Assembly: GCA_964621445.1 (NCBI GenBank) | Contig: CAZUNO010000020.1 | Span: 1 to 54,547, forward strand | Length of the DNA: 54,547 nucleotides | Reading direction: 5' to 3' | DNA from: Candidatus Hadarchaeota archaeon | GTDB lineage: Archaea > CAYQAE01 > CAYVLA01 | Part shown: in pieces, positions 18,187 through 27,995 of the stretch | Layout: every line of letters begins with the position of its first letter | Position numbering within the stretch: position 1 is the first letter of the stretch | The notes under the pieces: generated by a model | Database searches by the model: none | Seen by the model: the letters and a program-made list of their open reading frames with translations, nothing else | What the model was told of the DNA's origin: nothing | Program-made: the position numbers and the translations under genes

Positions 18187-19410
18187 ATGTTGAAGATTGC
18201 TTCGGCATGCCTCATTTTTTCGGTAATTTTGCTGGTGCCCGTTTGCTGCAGCGAACAGAGGATAAAGCTACTGTGGACTGGACGGGCAGTTCCCGGTTAC
18301 CCGCTTCCCGGGTGGTTTATGAGCGAACCTCTAGTTGATTTCTTCCAGGTGCCCTCCCGTGATGATATTGGTATATTGGGTGGAGAGGATGAGGTAAGGC
18401 GCTTTATCAGGCTTTACTTTCCCCGCACCTATGAGCAGCTTGAGACCTACGATTTCTTCCTCATGGATTCGGTGAATATCTGGAACTTCGAGGATAGGCA
18501 AGTGAAGTGGATGAAGGAGGCCATTGCCTCAGGTTCAGGGGGAATGAATACCTGTTCGGTTATGTCAATTTCGGCCCACAGGCACATTCCATGGAGTGAA
18601 TCGGTACTACAGGAGGCATTCCCGAATGATGCACCCTCGGTGTGCGCAAGACCTGCAGTTGGATTTCCAAATACTTTCAAGAGAATCAGGGTGAACAAGG
18701 ATTTCCCGGAACCGGTGCTCACCCCTTTCATACCGCTGGGAATAGAGAGACTGAGGGGCTCATATACAACCTGGATTATCATACCCAGGCAGGGAGCTAG
18801 GACCATGGCCTACTTTGTTGGAAATTATCCTGCAACGCTTGGTGAGGAACCCCCTTTCATCATTGCCTGGGATTACGGAAAGGGAAGAACCATGACAACC
18901 GGCGACATCGGCTGGTGGGTGAGGCTTGGAGCTGCCGCAGAGCCCAATCCCTACGCCCAGGATATTCTAATGAACATGATATTCTATGCAACCCGGAGGA
19001 AAGTTGTTACCGATGTTCTCCTTTACCATGAGGTTAGAACTTCACTATTGGGCTTCCATAGGCGCCTGGTTTCCCTCATGGATCTGATAGATTTCGTTGA
19101 GGGTTTCGGAGCAGATACCGGGGGGCTAATGGAGAGAGCCGACGATATCAAGGAGCTTGGAAATTCGGCCCGTTCAAGTTACCTGGAGCAGGATTTCGAC
19201 GCCGTGGAGCGTACCATGGACCTGGCATCCAAAGCTTTCGCTGAGGCTGAATCGGAGGCCATAAGGGTCAAGGACGGGGCACTATTCTGGATCTATTTGG
19301 TAGAGTGGTTGGTGATAAGTGGGGTGTCCATGGTCTCCGGGTTCATCATATGGTCCTTGATGATCAAGCGTAAGCTTTACAGGGAAGTCTCGGCAACTAG
19401 AATGCAGTAA
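18187..19410 (+). CDS. 'YFPR/EWLV' family single-pass membrane protein, copy 1 (signal peptide + GATase-like domain + helical stalk + conserved TM/tail)
   Basis: RRFIRLYFPRTY, AFPNDA, IPRQGA, WDYGKGRT, DFVEGFGADT, KDGALFWIYLVEWLVISG...LMIKRKLYREVSATR. ATG 18187 preferred over TTG 18163. Confidence 0.85.
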   Translation: MLKIASACLIFSVILLVPVCCSEQRIKLLWTGRAVPGYPLPGWFMSEPLVDFFQVPSRDDIGILGGEDEVRRFIRLYFPRTYEQLETYDFFLMDSVNIWNFEDRQVKWMKEAIASGSGGMNTCSVMSISAHRHIPWSESVLQEAFPNDAPSVCARPAVGFPNTFKRIRVNKDFPEPVLTPFIPLGIERLRGSYTTWIIIPRQGARTMAYFVGNYPATLGEEPPFIIAWDYGKGRTMTTGDIGWWVRLGAAAEPNPYAQDILMNMIFYATRRKVVTDVLLYHEVRTSLLGFHRRLVSLMDLIDFVEGFGADTGGLMERADDIKELGNSARSSYLEQDFDAVERTMDLASKAFAEAESEAIRVKDGALFWIYLVEWLVISGVSMVSGFIIWSLMIKRKLYREVSATRMQ

Positions 19411-19436
19411 ATAATTCACCGTCTGGGGAAGTTATT

Positions 19437-20333
19437 CTGGTAAATACAGATTGGAGACGCCATCCCAAGAACCCGGTTCTAAAACTCCGTCCTGGCAGGT
19501 TTGATTCCAATCATATCCATGCACCAATGGTATTTCGCGAGGGATCCACATACCGTATGCTTTACTCAGGTAGTGACAGGGACGAAAACCGATATCATCG
19601 AATCGGTTATGCACATAGTGAAGATAGCGTGATTTGGCAAAGGCTCTCTAACCCCGTGCTCGTCCCCAAATCAGTTGGGGAGTATTACACCTGCCCCGCC
19701 CTTCTTAGAAATATCGATGGGACGGTTAGAAAGGAGGAGGGGTTCTACAGAATGTGGCTTTCGGGAAGACCGGATGACCCCTATATACTTCACGCGAAGA
19801 GCAAGGACGGCCTGGAATGGCATCTAGAGCCGGATAATCACCTGAATATTAATGCCTATAGCCCAAATGTCATTTTTGATGATGGTATTTACAGGATGTG
19901 GTTTACCTCTATCGGGAAGAGCGGAGAGATGAGCATAGCTTACGCGGAAAGCGGGGATGGGATAAGCTGGGAAGCGGTCGCCCGGAGCAGGGTTCGATCT
20001 ACGGAGGGATGGGAACAGGAAAACTTGCTATATTCATTTGTCATCATGAGGTATGGCAAGTTCGAGATGTACTACACCTCCTACGGGGAGACATGTGAGA
20101 TCGAGGTAGCGATAAGCAAGGATGGCTTCCAGTGGAGAAAGGCGGAGGGACCGATAATCTCCCCGGATCCTAAAAGTTCATGGGATATTTTGTATTGTTC
20201 AAAGGCCTGCGTAGTTACTGAGACCAAAGGCCGGGACAAGCTATACTATGCCTCCAGAATAGATATGCGCCACAAGTATTATGCCATAGGTTTGGCAGTG
20301 GATATGGCTGGGAATGGTCGATCGATTCAATAG
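19437..20333 (+). CDS. Five-bladed beta-propeller glycoside-hydrolase-like protein (GH43/32/130-like)
   Basis: Repeated blades (RIGYAHSEDSVIW, IAYAESGDGISW, VAISKDGFQW). The frame extends upstream of ATG 19527 with WRRHPKNPVL, so the start is uncertain (CTG 19437 suggested). Confidence 0.75.
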   Translation: MVNTDWRRHPKNPVLKLRPGRFDSNHIHAPMVFREGSTYRMLYSGSDRDENRYHRIGYAHSEDSVIWQRLSNPVLVPKSVGEYYTCPALLRNIDGTVRKEEGFYRMWLSGRPDDPYILHAKSKDGLEWHLEPDNHLNINAYSPNVIFDDGIYRMWFTSIGKSGEMSIAYAESGDGISWEAVARSRVRSTEGWEQENLLYSFVIMRYGKFEMYYTSYGETCEIEVAISKDGFQWRKAEGPIISPDPKSSWDILYCSKACVVTETKGRDKLYYASRIDMRHKYYAIGLAVDMAGNGRSIQ

Positions 20334-20400
20334 CCAGACCAGGGTATGAATCGGATGGGACTAAACGTTAAAAGGTCGATCGATCGCCTAATGCCAGGCT

Positions 20401-22500
20401 GTGGAAGGGTTGAAATTAATCGGTAAAGAAGCTAGGGAGGGGCAGATTCTTGGTATGCCAGGCCTAACCGGTCGGTATATCCATACAGGGGGCAAAGATC
20501 TCCCACCCAATAACGTTCGGAGACTGGAGATCAATCTAGGTAAGGTCGAGGGCGATCACCAATGGACCCATCTATGTGCAATGAAGGAGAATGGGCGGAG
20601 ATTCACGGTATCCCTGCTGTCCAGTATTTTCCCTCCCAGGACCCTGTCGAAAGCATATGAGTCTATTAAGCGCTATGCGCTGGACCAGGAGGAATTCCCG
20701 GCAGTTGAGTTTTGGGACCAGGGCACCGGAGGTCCAGTTCTCCCGGAGCTGGGGATCTGGGAATACCTGATGCCCGACTTCTCCCAGGATAAGGCAAGGG
20801 GGCCGTTTCCAGACAAGATGAACTACCTGGGACACCGCTATGTCTTGGATCGGGAATTGGAACGGGAATACGCCCCACCGACGGATTCTATCGTATTGAA
20901 TCTGGACACCGGGGTAATGATAGGGCCTGCCCATAACACCCGGCAGAAAAACGAGGAAAGAAGATACGATGGTAGCGATTATGAGCTGATGGATCTCTGT
21001 GAAGAAGATTACCGGAAAATGATGGATTCTGGCATGAATCTACTGCGAGTCAATCAGGAACAGGTAGAATGGATCAGGAATAAGGGGGCATTCTACTGGG
21101 GGCTAGCCGCCGATGAGATCTCCTATCCCGAGGAACTATACCGAAGCAATTACTTGGGACCAACCATATTCATGGACGAGCCGGCAGTTCGAACCAGGGA
21201 CGGAATAATCAGGCCAAGGCTGGACCAGGAAGAGGGGTTGGGTCACCGACTTACCGTGGATACGGTTCTCAAGGAATTCCAGGATTATTTTGCAAAGCAA
21301 AAGGAATCGGGAGCTCCTACCAGATTATTGGAGGGCCTCTCTTCAAGGCCCGATGTTGACATAGGTAGAATGGACTTCAAACAGGTTAACCTATTCAGCT
21401 GGGAAACGATGATCAGTTCTGCCCTGTTCCAGCTATTCGGCCAGGGAGAACCTCCATCTGCCATGGTTTTTGAGCCACCCGGGCAGTTCGGGGCCATGAG
21501 AACGCTGCCGGAGTTTAATATGAGCTATGGATGTCAGCTACCCGTCGATGATCCCAAGGTCCTTACGGATATCATATATAGCTTCCTGAGGGGCGCCGCT
21601 AGAGTAACCGGTAGCCGATGGGGCATGAGTATTTACGGGGGAATTGACGCAGCTGACTCCTATTGGTTCCAAACCCACGCTTATGATCTTGGAGCGTCCC
21701 TTTTCCTTTTCTGGGATAGCCATGAATTGGCCTGTGTTCCTTTTGGGGAGTGCCTCTCCCTGGCTAGGAATCTCAGCCTCCATGCTCGAAATCATCCCCA
21801 CCGTGATTTGGAGGCCTTAAAGGCTAGAGCCGAGGTGGCCCTGGTCATTCCGTCCGGATATAACCTCGGCCACATTGACATGGGGAGAGGGAACCTGTGG
21901 GGGTTGGCTCAGTTGAATCTGGAGCGTCGCAACCAATACGGGGTTAAATACCGAACGGTCATGCGAAATCTGTTCACGGAGATCGAAAGGTATGTGCGCC
22001 TGGGACAGTCGTTTGACCTCTTTTGGGATATCCCCGCCGCCCAAATTTCGGGGTACCGGGAAGTGACCAGGATAAAGGAGGACGGAGGGGTTAATGTGGA
22101 TAGGGATGGATCAATTTCCTGTCTCAATGGACCTAGGAAACCCACCCGTCCAGGTGGCAAGGGACCCAGCCTCACGCTCGATCTGCAGATCGAAGGTGAT
22201 GTCCCTGCCACCATTTCTGCCCGGGCGGGTATAGAGGAATCTAGGGCCCCCGTGTTTTACACGCCGGGTAGAAACTTGGAAGGAATTTACAAGAATGAGC
22301 TAGTGATGTGGGAGCTTTTCGGTCCAGAGGAGGGTTATTGCTTTCTGAACAGGAAGGAATCTGTTCTACAGGTAAGCGATGGTATTTCCGTTGAAATCAA
22401 GTTCAATTTACGGGAGGCCGGGAACTACCGCCTGAGAGCAGCGACCTGTGATGTGTCCGGCCGTACGTCCGTTGTATGGAAAAAGTTCCGCCTGGGATGA
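20401..22500 (+). CDS. Hypothetical protein, 699 aa
   Basis: Long ORF with a TATA-like GTTAAAA upstream and a T-tract downstream. FMDEP hints at a TIM-barrel hydrolase-like domain, but no family is recognised. Confidence 0.7.
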   Translation: MEGLKLIGKEAREGQILGMPGLTGRYIHTGGKDLPPNNVRRLEINLGKVEGDHQWTHLCAMKENGRRFTVSLLSSIFPPRTLSKAYESIKRYALDQEEFPAVEFWDQGTGGPVLPELGIWEYLMPDFSQDKARGPFPDKMNYLGHRYVLDRELEREYAPPTDSIVLNLDTGVMIGPAHNTRQKNEERRYDGSDYELMDLCEEDYRKMMDSGMNLLRVNQEQVEWIRNKGAFYWGLAADEISYPEELYRSNYLGPTIFMDEPAVRTRDGIIRPRLDQEEGLGHRLTVDTVLKEFQDYFAKQKESGAPTRLLEGLSSRPDVDIGRMDFKQVNLFSWETMISSALFQLFGQGEPPSAMVFEPPGQFGAMRTLPEFNMSYGCQLPVDDPKVLTDIIYSFLRGAARVTGSRWGMSIYGGIDAADSYWFQTHAYDLGASLFLFWDSHELACVPFGECLSLARNLSLHARNHPHRDLEALKARAEVALVIPSGYNLGHIDMGRGNLWGLAQLNLERRNQYGVKYRTVMRNLFTEIERYVRLGQSFDLFWDIPAAQISGYREVTRIKEDGGVNVDRDGSISCLNGPRKPTRPGGKGPSLTLDLQIEGDVPATISARAGIEESRAPVFYTPGRNLEGIYKNELVMWELFGPEEGYCFLNRKESVLQVSDGISVEIKFNLREAGNYRLRAATCDVSGRTSVVWKKFRLG

Positions 22501-22610
22501 GTAGAATTTTCTTTTCAAGGATCTTTTGGGCGCTCGGTAGGTGCTTGGACAGGTAAGACTTTTGTTAATGGTAAACGATTCTGAGAACCTGATGAAGTAG
22601 TGGTGTGCTG

Positions 22611-23636
22611 ATGGAAAAGATGAAAACAGGCCTGATAGGTGCCGGAGGAAGAGGAATGAATCATGCAAGGGCGTTAGCGGCCAGCCCCAGGATCGACTTT
22701 TCGGCCATCTGCGACTTGGACGCTGCCAGAGCCCAAAAAGCCGCGGAGAAGCACGACGTTGATGCCTATACTAGCACCGAGGAGATGCTGGAGCAGGACA
22801 TTGAGTCGGTTGTCATCGTCACCCAGGCAAGAAATCATGCAAAGCTATCTATCCAGGCCCTGGAGGCCGGGAAGAACGTTCTCTGCGAGAAACCAATAGC
22901 GGACAGCATCGAGAATGGATACAAGATGGTGAAGGCGGCTCGGTCAAGTGGTCTCAAGGCTGCCATTGGCTACCAGCGCCGTTTCGATCCTATGTTCTGG
23001 ACCATGAAGAAGGTTTCCCGGGATCTGGACCCTCTTCAAATAACCCTCACCGGCCAGAGAGGTATCTTCCTTGAGAAATATCTGCGCCCGGGGAGTGCCT
23101 ACGGGATAATGGATGCAGCCTGCCATCAAATAGACCTCGTAAACTGGCTGATTGGCCGCTCACCTACGGCAGTTAGCGGAAGCATTAGAAGCGGTATATT
23201 TACACCTACTGATGCCATAGACACGGCGAGCGTTCAGATCGAATACGGGCCCGAAAATGATGAAAGAACCGGAAATGTTATCGTCAGTATGGGTGGTCCC
23301 GGTTTGACCAACTTCTGTCATCTAGTCGGGAAGAATGGAAACGCTGAGGGTGATGGGGATAAGAACATCAAGATTACTAGTGTTACCTTTGATGAAAACG
23401 CCGGAAGAGAGAAGGAAAGACAGGTGACCGAGGGAAGATTGGTGGAACATGATGTTCTCAGCGATGGAAATTCCACCATGGCCCTCGAAGAGGCCTTTAC
23501 GGATTGTGTGCAGGGAGAGGCGAGTGAGATAGCCACCTTCCAGGATGGACTCGATGCACTATTGGTCCTGGAGGCGACATCCATATCCTCTAAGCGGGGG
23601 GACAAGGTCGATCTTCAGGACATGCTGCCTGATTGA
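22611..23636 (+). CDS. Gfo/Idh/MocA family oxidoreductase
   Basis: GLIGAGGRG, AGKNVLCEKPIA, GYQRRFDP, DAACHQID. Confidence 0.93.
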   Translation: MEKMKTGLIGAGGRGMNHARALAASPRIDFSAICDLDAARAQKAAEKHDVDAYTSTEEMLEQDIESVVIVTQARNHAKLSIQALEAGKNVLCEKPIADSIENGYKMVKAARSSGLKAAIGYQRRFDPMFWTMKKVSRDLDPLQITLTGQRGIFLEKYLRPGSAYGIMDAACHQIDLVNWLIGRSPTAVSGSIRSGIFTPTDAIDTASVQIEYGPENDERTGNVIVSMGGPGLTNFCHLVGKNGNAEGDGDKNIKITSVTFDENAGREKERQVTEGRLVEHDVLSDGNSTMALEEAFTDCVQGEASEIATFQDGLDALLVLEATSISSKRGDKVDLQDMLPD

Positions 23637-23718
23637 CGCCGTTTTCGTATCTCCAGGGAGGGTTACTGACGGTTTGAGGGTAAAGAAACATTAGTGATCA
23701 AGATAAGGGGGGTTAGTC

Positions 23719-24969
23719 TTGCCGGGGATTCGGGATATTTGCCTCATCGGTATCTTGGTAATCCTGAGCTCTGCTAACGCCTTCGGCTCATTCGAGGGAG
23801 ATAGTCCCATCGATGTCTTTTATCTGTCCCGTCATGCGGCAAGTGGGTATGCCAAGAATCGTGTGATGACCCCGGATCCCTCCATTAGGGTTGATCCGGT
23901 TCCCATGCCAGGACACCATCTGTTAAAGAGAGGCAAGGATATAGACATGCTAGCCAGAATCATGAGGATATACTTTCCCAGGAATTACCAGCAACTGGTC
24001 CAGGAAAGGGATCTGATAGTCATGTTTGAGGCTCCATGCGGTATGGAGGGGATGTCAAACGCCCAGTTTGATCCAACCTGGATGTCGTGGTTGGTGGATG
24101 GTGTCCGTGAGGAAGGTCTTTCTCTGATAATGATGGGCGGAGATGGCTGCTGGGGAGGAGGACCGGAAGGTACTACCGTCTACAGGTCTTGGGGCGAAAC
24201 CATTTTGGATAGAATCCTTCCATTCAAATCGCTGGGAGGAACTAATCCTCCAAGAGCGGCCTATAATGTACCTGAATTCCTGGATCCTGGCCATCCTTTA
24301 AACCGCCTTCCATGGGCTGAAGCTGGCCCGGTCGAGGTATTGAACAAAGTTGAACCGAAACCAGGGGCCAATCTAATAGCCCAGGCGGTTGGGCGCCGGA
24401 GTACCTATCCCTGGATCGCATCCTGGAGGCAGGGAGAGGGAAATGTGGTGGGGGAGACCCAGATATTCTGGAGCAAGGGTACATCAGATATCATGTTCAA
24501 TGAGTGGGAATGGTATAACGATTTCGTCATTTACCTCATGTACTTCGGGGTGGGGAAGTCCCTGCCCGATGATCTGGAGCTGGTTCATATGTTGCGGGGA
24601 AAGTTCACGACCTATATGATTAGAATATCCCTGCTGGTTTCTCAATTGGAGTTTATCGAGGATTTTGGAGTGAACACCGTGCCTCTCTACGATGACCTGG
24701 AGGCAATTCGTCAGCGTGAGGACAAAGCCCGGGAGTACTACAGAAAGGGAGAATACGATTCAACCCTTGATACTTTTACGGAGATAGATGATATGTGGCA
24801 GGAGCTGGATTCGTCGGCCCTTGAAGCCAAGGATAACGCCTTGGTCTGGGTGTATCTGATCGAGTGGCTTGTGGTCACCGGCGTCTCCCTCACCTCTGGA
24901 GTGGTTCTGTGGATGATCATGATAAACCGGAGAATATACAGAGAAGCTGGGTTGACAAAATGGGCTTAA
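23719..24969 (+). CDS. 'YFPR/EWLV' family single-pass membrane protein, copy 2
   Basis: RIMRIYFPRNY; GATase/DUF1355-like GLSLIMMGGDGCWGG...WGETILDRILPF; EFIEDFGVNT; KDNALVWVYLIEWLVVTG...MINRRIYRE. Confidence 0.85.
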   Translation: MPGIRDICLIGILVILSSANAFGSFEGDSPIDVFYLSRHAASGYAKNRVMTPDPSIRVDPVPMPGHHLLKRGKDIDMLARIMRIYFPRNYQQLVQERDLIVMFEAPCGMEGMSNAQFDPTWMSWLVDGVREEGLSLIMMGGDGCWGGGPEGTTVYRSWGETILDRILPFKSLGGTNPPRAAYNVPEFLDPGHPLNRLPWAEAGPVEVLNKVEPKPGANLIAQAVGRRSTYPWIASWRQGEGNVVGETQIFWSKGTSDIMFNEWEWYNDFVIYLMYFGVGKSLPDDLELVHMLRGKFTTYMIRISLLVSQLEFIEDFGVNTVPLYDDLEAIRQREDKAREYYRKGEYDSTLDTFTEIDDMWQELDSSALEAKDNALVWVYLIEWLVVTGVSLTSGVVLWMIMINRRIYREAGLTKWA

Positions 24970-25079
24970 AATAAGAGTAACCGATATTGCTTGTTCTCCA
25001 CACCGAAAGACCTCTTCTTTTGAGGATGTTGCATATTGAATTTTGAATATCACTTGGTGAAAATCGTTAAGAGGAGCCA

Positions 25080-26345
25080 ATGAACCTATTTCCGGGGATT
25101 GATCCCATCCTAAGGTTGATTTTCCTCCCGGCCTGTTTGATGATCATTAGCCTTTCCCTGGCTCATTCTATTGGGGGCGATGTCTTGGAGGTGCTATGCA
25201 CCGGTCACACCGGATCGATGCCCAGGATGGCGGAACTGCTGGGAAGGGAACCCATGACGGATGCGGTAATTATCCCCACCAGAATTCATGGGGTCACCTC
25301 GGTTACCCCGAGGACTGTTCGAAGATATATGAGGCTGTATTTCCCAAGAAGCCTCCAGGACCTAGTCGAGAGTTACGATTTTCTATTGTTGAGGGGAATC
25401 GACTGCTATTACTTCACCACTGATCAGCTAGAGTGGATGAGAAAGGCGATACGGGATTCTGGAATTGGTGGTCTTCAGGATAGATCGGTCATGAGTAGCG
25501 TTTCCGTCTATTCCAGGGCCTGGGCGGAGTCCAGGACCTCCGATGCCTTCCCAAATGATGCAGACGCCGTTGTGGAGGCCAATTATGCAAGGCATGGTAC
25601 CATGGAGGTGATCATGAACGAGGATCCTTCCCTTTCACCGATATTTACGCCCTACAAGGACCTCCTCTCATATAGGGTCGGCAACAAGGGTTACACGTTG
25701 ATGATTCCCAGGGAGGGATCTCATACGTATTTGCGGTCGAGTATAGCTGCATATTCAGACTTCGCCTACCCGGAGCCCGGGGTCTTTCCCCACACCCTTG
25801 GATGGCGATACGGTAAGGGATACACGTGGTCCCTCATGGACTATAGCGGGAGTGGATTTTGGGGCTCGGCGATAAATCCTTACGGAATGGATGCCTATTT
25901 TGGCATGCTAATGTACAGCACAGGGAGGGATCTCCCCGAGGATGTTGTAATGGTCCACAAATTGAGAATGGATTTCCACCAATACGGCGATCAGAAGTCA
26001 TTCATATATTCGATGATGAGCTTCGCGGAAAGATTCGGGGCAAATACCAACTCCTTGGAGATGGAGATTAAGGAGATGGATAAGGAGTGGAGGCGGTCAC
26101 GTGAACTCTATTTGGATCAGGAATACCAGTCAGCCGGGGTCATCCTTGAGAGCATTCTAAACGACCTGTCATTGCTGAGGGAAAAGGCCCTGAAAGCCAA
26201 AGACCGGGCATTGATGTGGATCTACATAATCGAATGGCTGGTCATATCGGGGACATCGCTGTCGGCTGGGTTTGCCATCTGGACCCTGATGGTGAAAAAG
26301 CGATTGTACAGAGAGGTTTCAGCGACGAAACTTGGCCGTTTATGA
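25080..26345 (+). CDS. 'YFPR/EWLV' family single-pass membrane protein, copy 3
   Basis: RRYMRLYFPRSL, DAFPNDA, IPREGS, WRYGKGYT, SFAERFGANT, KDRALMWIYIIEWLVISG...LMVKKRLYREVSATK. Confidence 0.85.
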   Translation: MNLFPGIDPILRLIFLPACLMIISLSLAHSIGGDVLEVLCTGHTGSMPRMAELLGREPMTDAVIIPTRIHGVTSVTPRTVRRYMRLYFPRSLQDLVESYDFLLLRGIDCYYFTTDQLEWMRKAIRDSGIGGLQDRSVMSSVSVYSRAWAESRTSDAFPNDADAVVEANYARHGTMEVIMNEDPSLSPIFTPYKDLLSYRVGNKGYTLMIPREGSHTYLRSSIAAYSDFAYPEPGVFPHTLGWRYGKGYTWSLMDYSGSGFWGSAINPYGMDAYFGMLMYSTGRDLPEDVVMVHKLRMDFHQYGDQKSFIYSMMSFAERFGANTNSLEMEIKEMDKEWRRSRELYLDQEYQSAGVILESILNDLSLLREKALKAKDRALMWIYIIEWLVISGTSLSAGFAIWTLMVKKRLYREVSATKLGRL

Positions 26346-26360
26346 CGCGGGCTTGAGAAG

Positions 26361-27965
26361 ATGGGAGGGAAGAATTTAATGAACAAAATACGGGAAGTTG
26401 GTAGTTTAGAGCCTCGTGAAGATTTAGTTCCTCCCGATGAGCCCTTGACTCTGGATTCCAGGAAATACCTGTTTCTGGATGACTACGTAATCGATCAAAT
26501 GGAGGGTCTTAAGCGAACTCTTCATCAACCGGAGAAGAGAGGCCAGGTTCTCAAGCCGGATAGATTTTGGGAAAATGGTAGAGTTTCGGCCAAGAGTGCA
26601 CCAATATGGTTTCCCGATGAGGGGGTTTACAGGTGGGTTTATCGTTGTACCGGAAAGGATTACACCGCCCTGGCGGTTTCAAGAGACGGTATTCATTGGG
26701 ATAAACCCTGCCTGGGATTGATGAAATACGGTGGTTCGAAGCAAAATAACCTGATTTCAAACAAACGGATCTTCAAGGTCGTGCATGACCCAAACGAGGA
26801 AGATCCAGATCGTCAATTCAAGGGAATTTCGTTTAATACTCCCGTGACAAGTGGCGACCTCGTAAACTGGGAGGATGCCGGGGGAAAAGGTATCCCCGGT
26901 GGTGATAGCGGATCGCTGACCTATGATGAGGAACGCGGGCGGTTTCTAGCCCCCGTGAAAATCCGGGACCAGAGTAAGGACAGCTTCCGCCAGTTCGAGC
27001 TGGTAACCAGCGAGGATTTCAGGACCTGGAGCGATCCTCAGTTCTTCTTCGGTGCTGATGAGGAAGATCAACGATATGCCGTGGATCGAATCCGTGGCTG
27101 GTTGAGTGATCCCGGGCGTCCCCGTCCGCTCTTTGTGGAGCCGCCTCCTCATTTGGGTTGGAAAGCTCCGGAAGAGATCCGAAAACTGCCCAAGAGGCGC
27201 CACAGCTGGAATGCCCAATGCAATAATATCAGCGTCTTCCCATACCAGGGCCAATATATAGCCTTGATTACCCTGCTTTACCCCACCGGTTCATATCTTC
27301 CTAATCACCAGAACACCAGTGCTTTTTTCATGGTGGAGATCGCCACCACACGGGACCTGAAAACCTGGAACCGTCTTCGAGAGCCTTTCTTGGAACCAGC
27401 CAGGCTGGATCATGGAGTGGTCGATAACTATGAGAGAATGCTGGTTGAGATAGTAAATAGGCCTATAGTGGTCAACGACGAGCTATGGTTCTACTACACC
27501 GGGGGGAAGGCCCATCAGGGATTCCATGCGGAACGTGGGTACCATAGGGGGAGATACGGGACATACATGGATGGCAAGGATCGAACGGAGGAGAGCCTCT
27601 CGGACCTGGAGAGAAAAGATATTGAGGCAGGCAGATCTGGCATTTACCTGGCCGTGCTGCGCCTGGATGGTTTTGTATCTCTTGATGGCGGGGCTCAGGG
27701 TGGAGCGGTGATTACAAAGCCACTCCAATTAAGATCGGGAGAGCTTTTTCTGAATCTTTCCTGCAGTGGGAGCGGCAGTGCCTCGGTCGAGCTTCTCAAT
27801 GAATCTGGTGAGGTAATCGCCGTTTCCCGGCCCCTCACTGGGGATGACGTCCGGATTAGAGTGCAATGGGAGCAAAGCTTCGAACTAGATTCGCTGGTTG
27901 GAGACAGCATACGGCTCAGGATTCACCTGAAAAGGGCCAGCCTGTATGGATTTTGGACGGAGTGA
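26361..27965 (+). CDS. GH32-like beta-propeller + beta-sandwich hypothetical glycosidase
   Basis: LFLDDYVID, AVSRDGIHWDKP, TSEDFRTW, TRDLKTWNR, ELWFYYTG, LAVLRLDGFVSL, LFLN, SLYGFW. Confidence 0.7.
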   Translation: MGGKNLMNKIREVGSLEPREDLVPPDEPLTLDSRKYLFLDDYVIDQMEGLKRTLHQPEKRGQVLKPDRFWENGRVSAKSAPIWFPDEGVYRWVYRCTGKDYTALAVSRDGIHWDKPCLGLMKYGGSKQNNLISNKRIFKVVHDPNEEDPDRQFKGISFNTPVTSGDLVNWEDAGGKGIPGGDSGSLTYDEERGRFLAPVKIRDQSKDSFRQFELVTSEDFRTWSDPQFFFGADEEDQRYAVDRIRGWLSDPGRPRPLFVEPPPHLGWKAPEEIRKLPKRRHSWNAQCNNISVFPYQGQYIALITLLYPTGSYLPNHQNTSAFFMVEIATTRDLKTWNRLREPFLEPARLDHGVVDNYERMLVEIVNRPIVVNDELWFYYTGGKAHQGFHAERGYHRGRYGTYMDGKDRTEESLSDLERKDIEAGRSGIYLAVLRLDGFVSLDGGAQGGAVITKPLQLRSGELFLNLSCSGSGSASVELLNESGEVIAVSRPLTGDDVRIRVQWEQSFELDSLVGDSIRLRIHLKRASLYGFWTE

Positions 27966-27995
27966 CGGAGGATCCAACTATTTCGATGTGCTACG

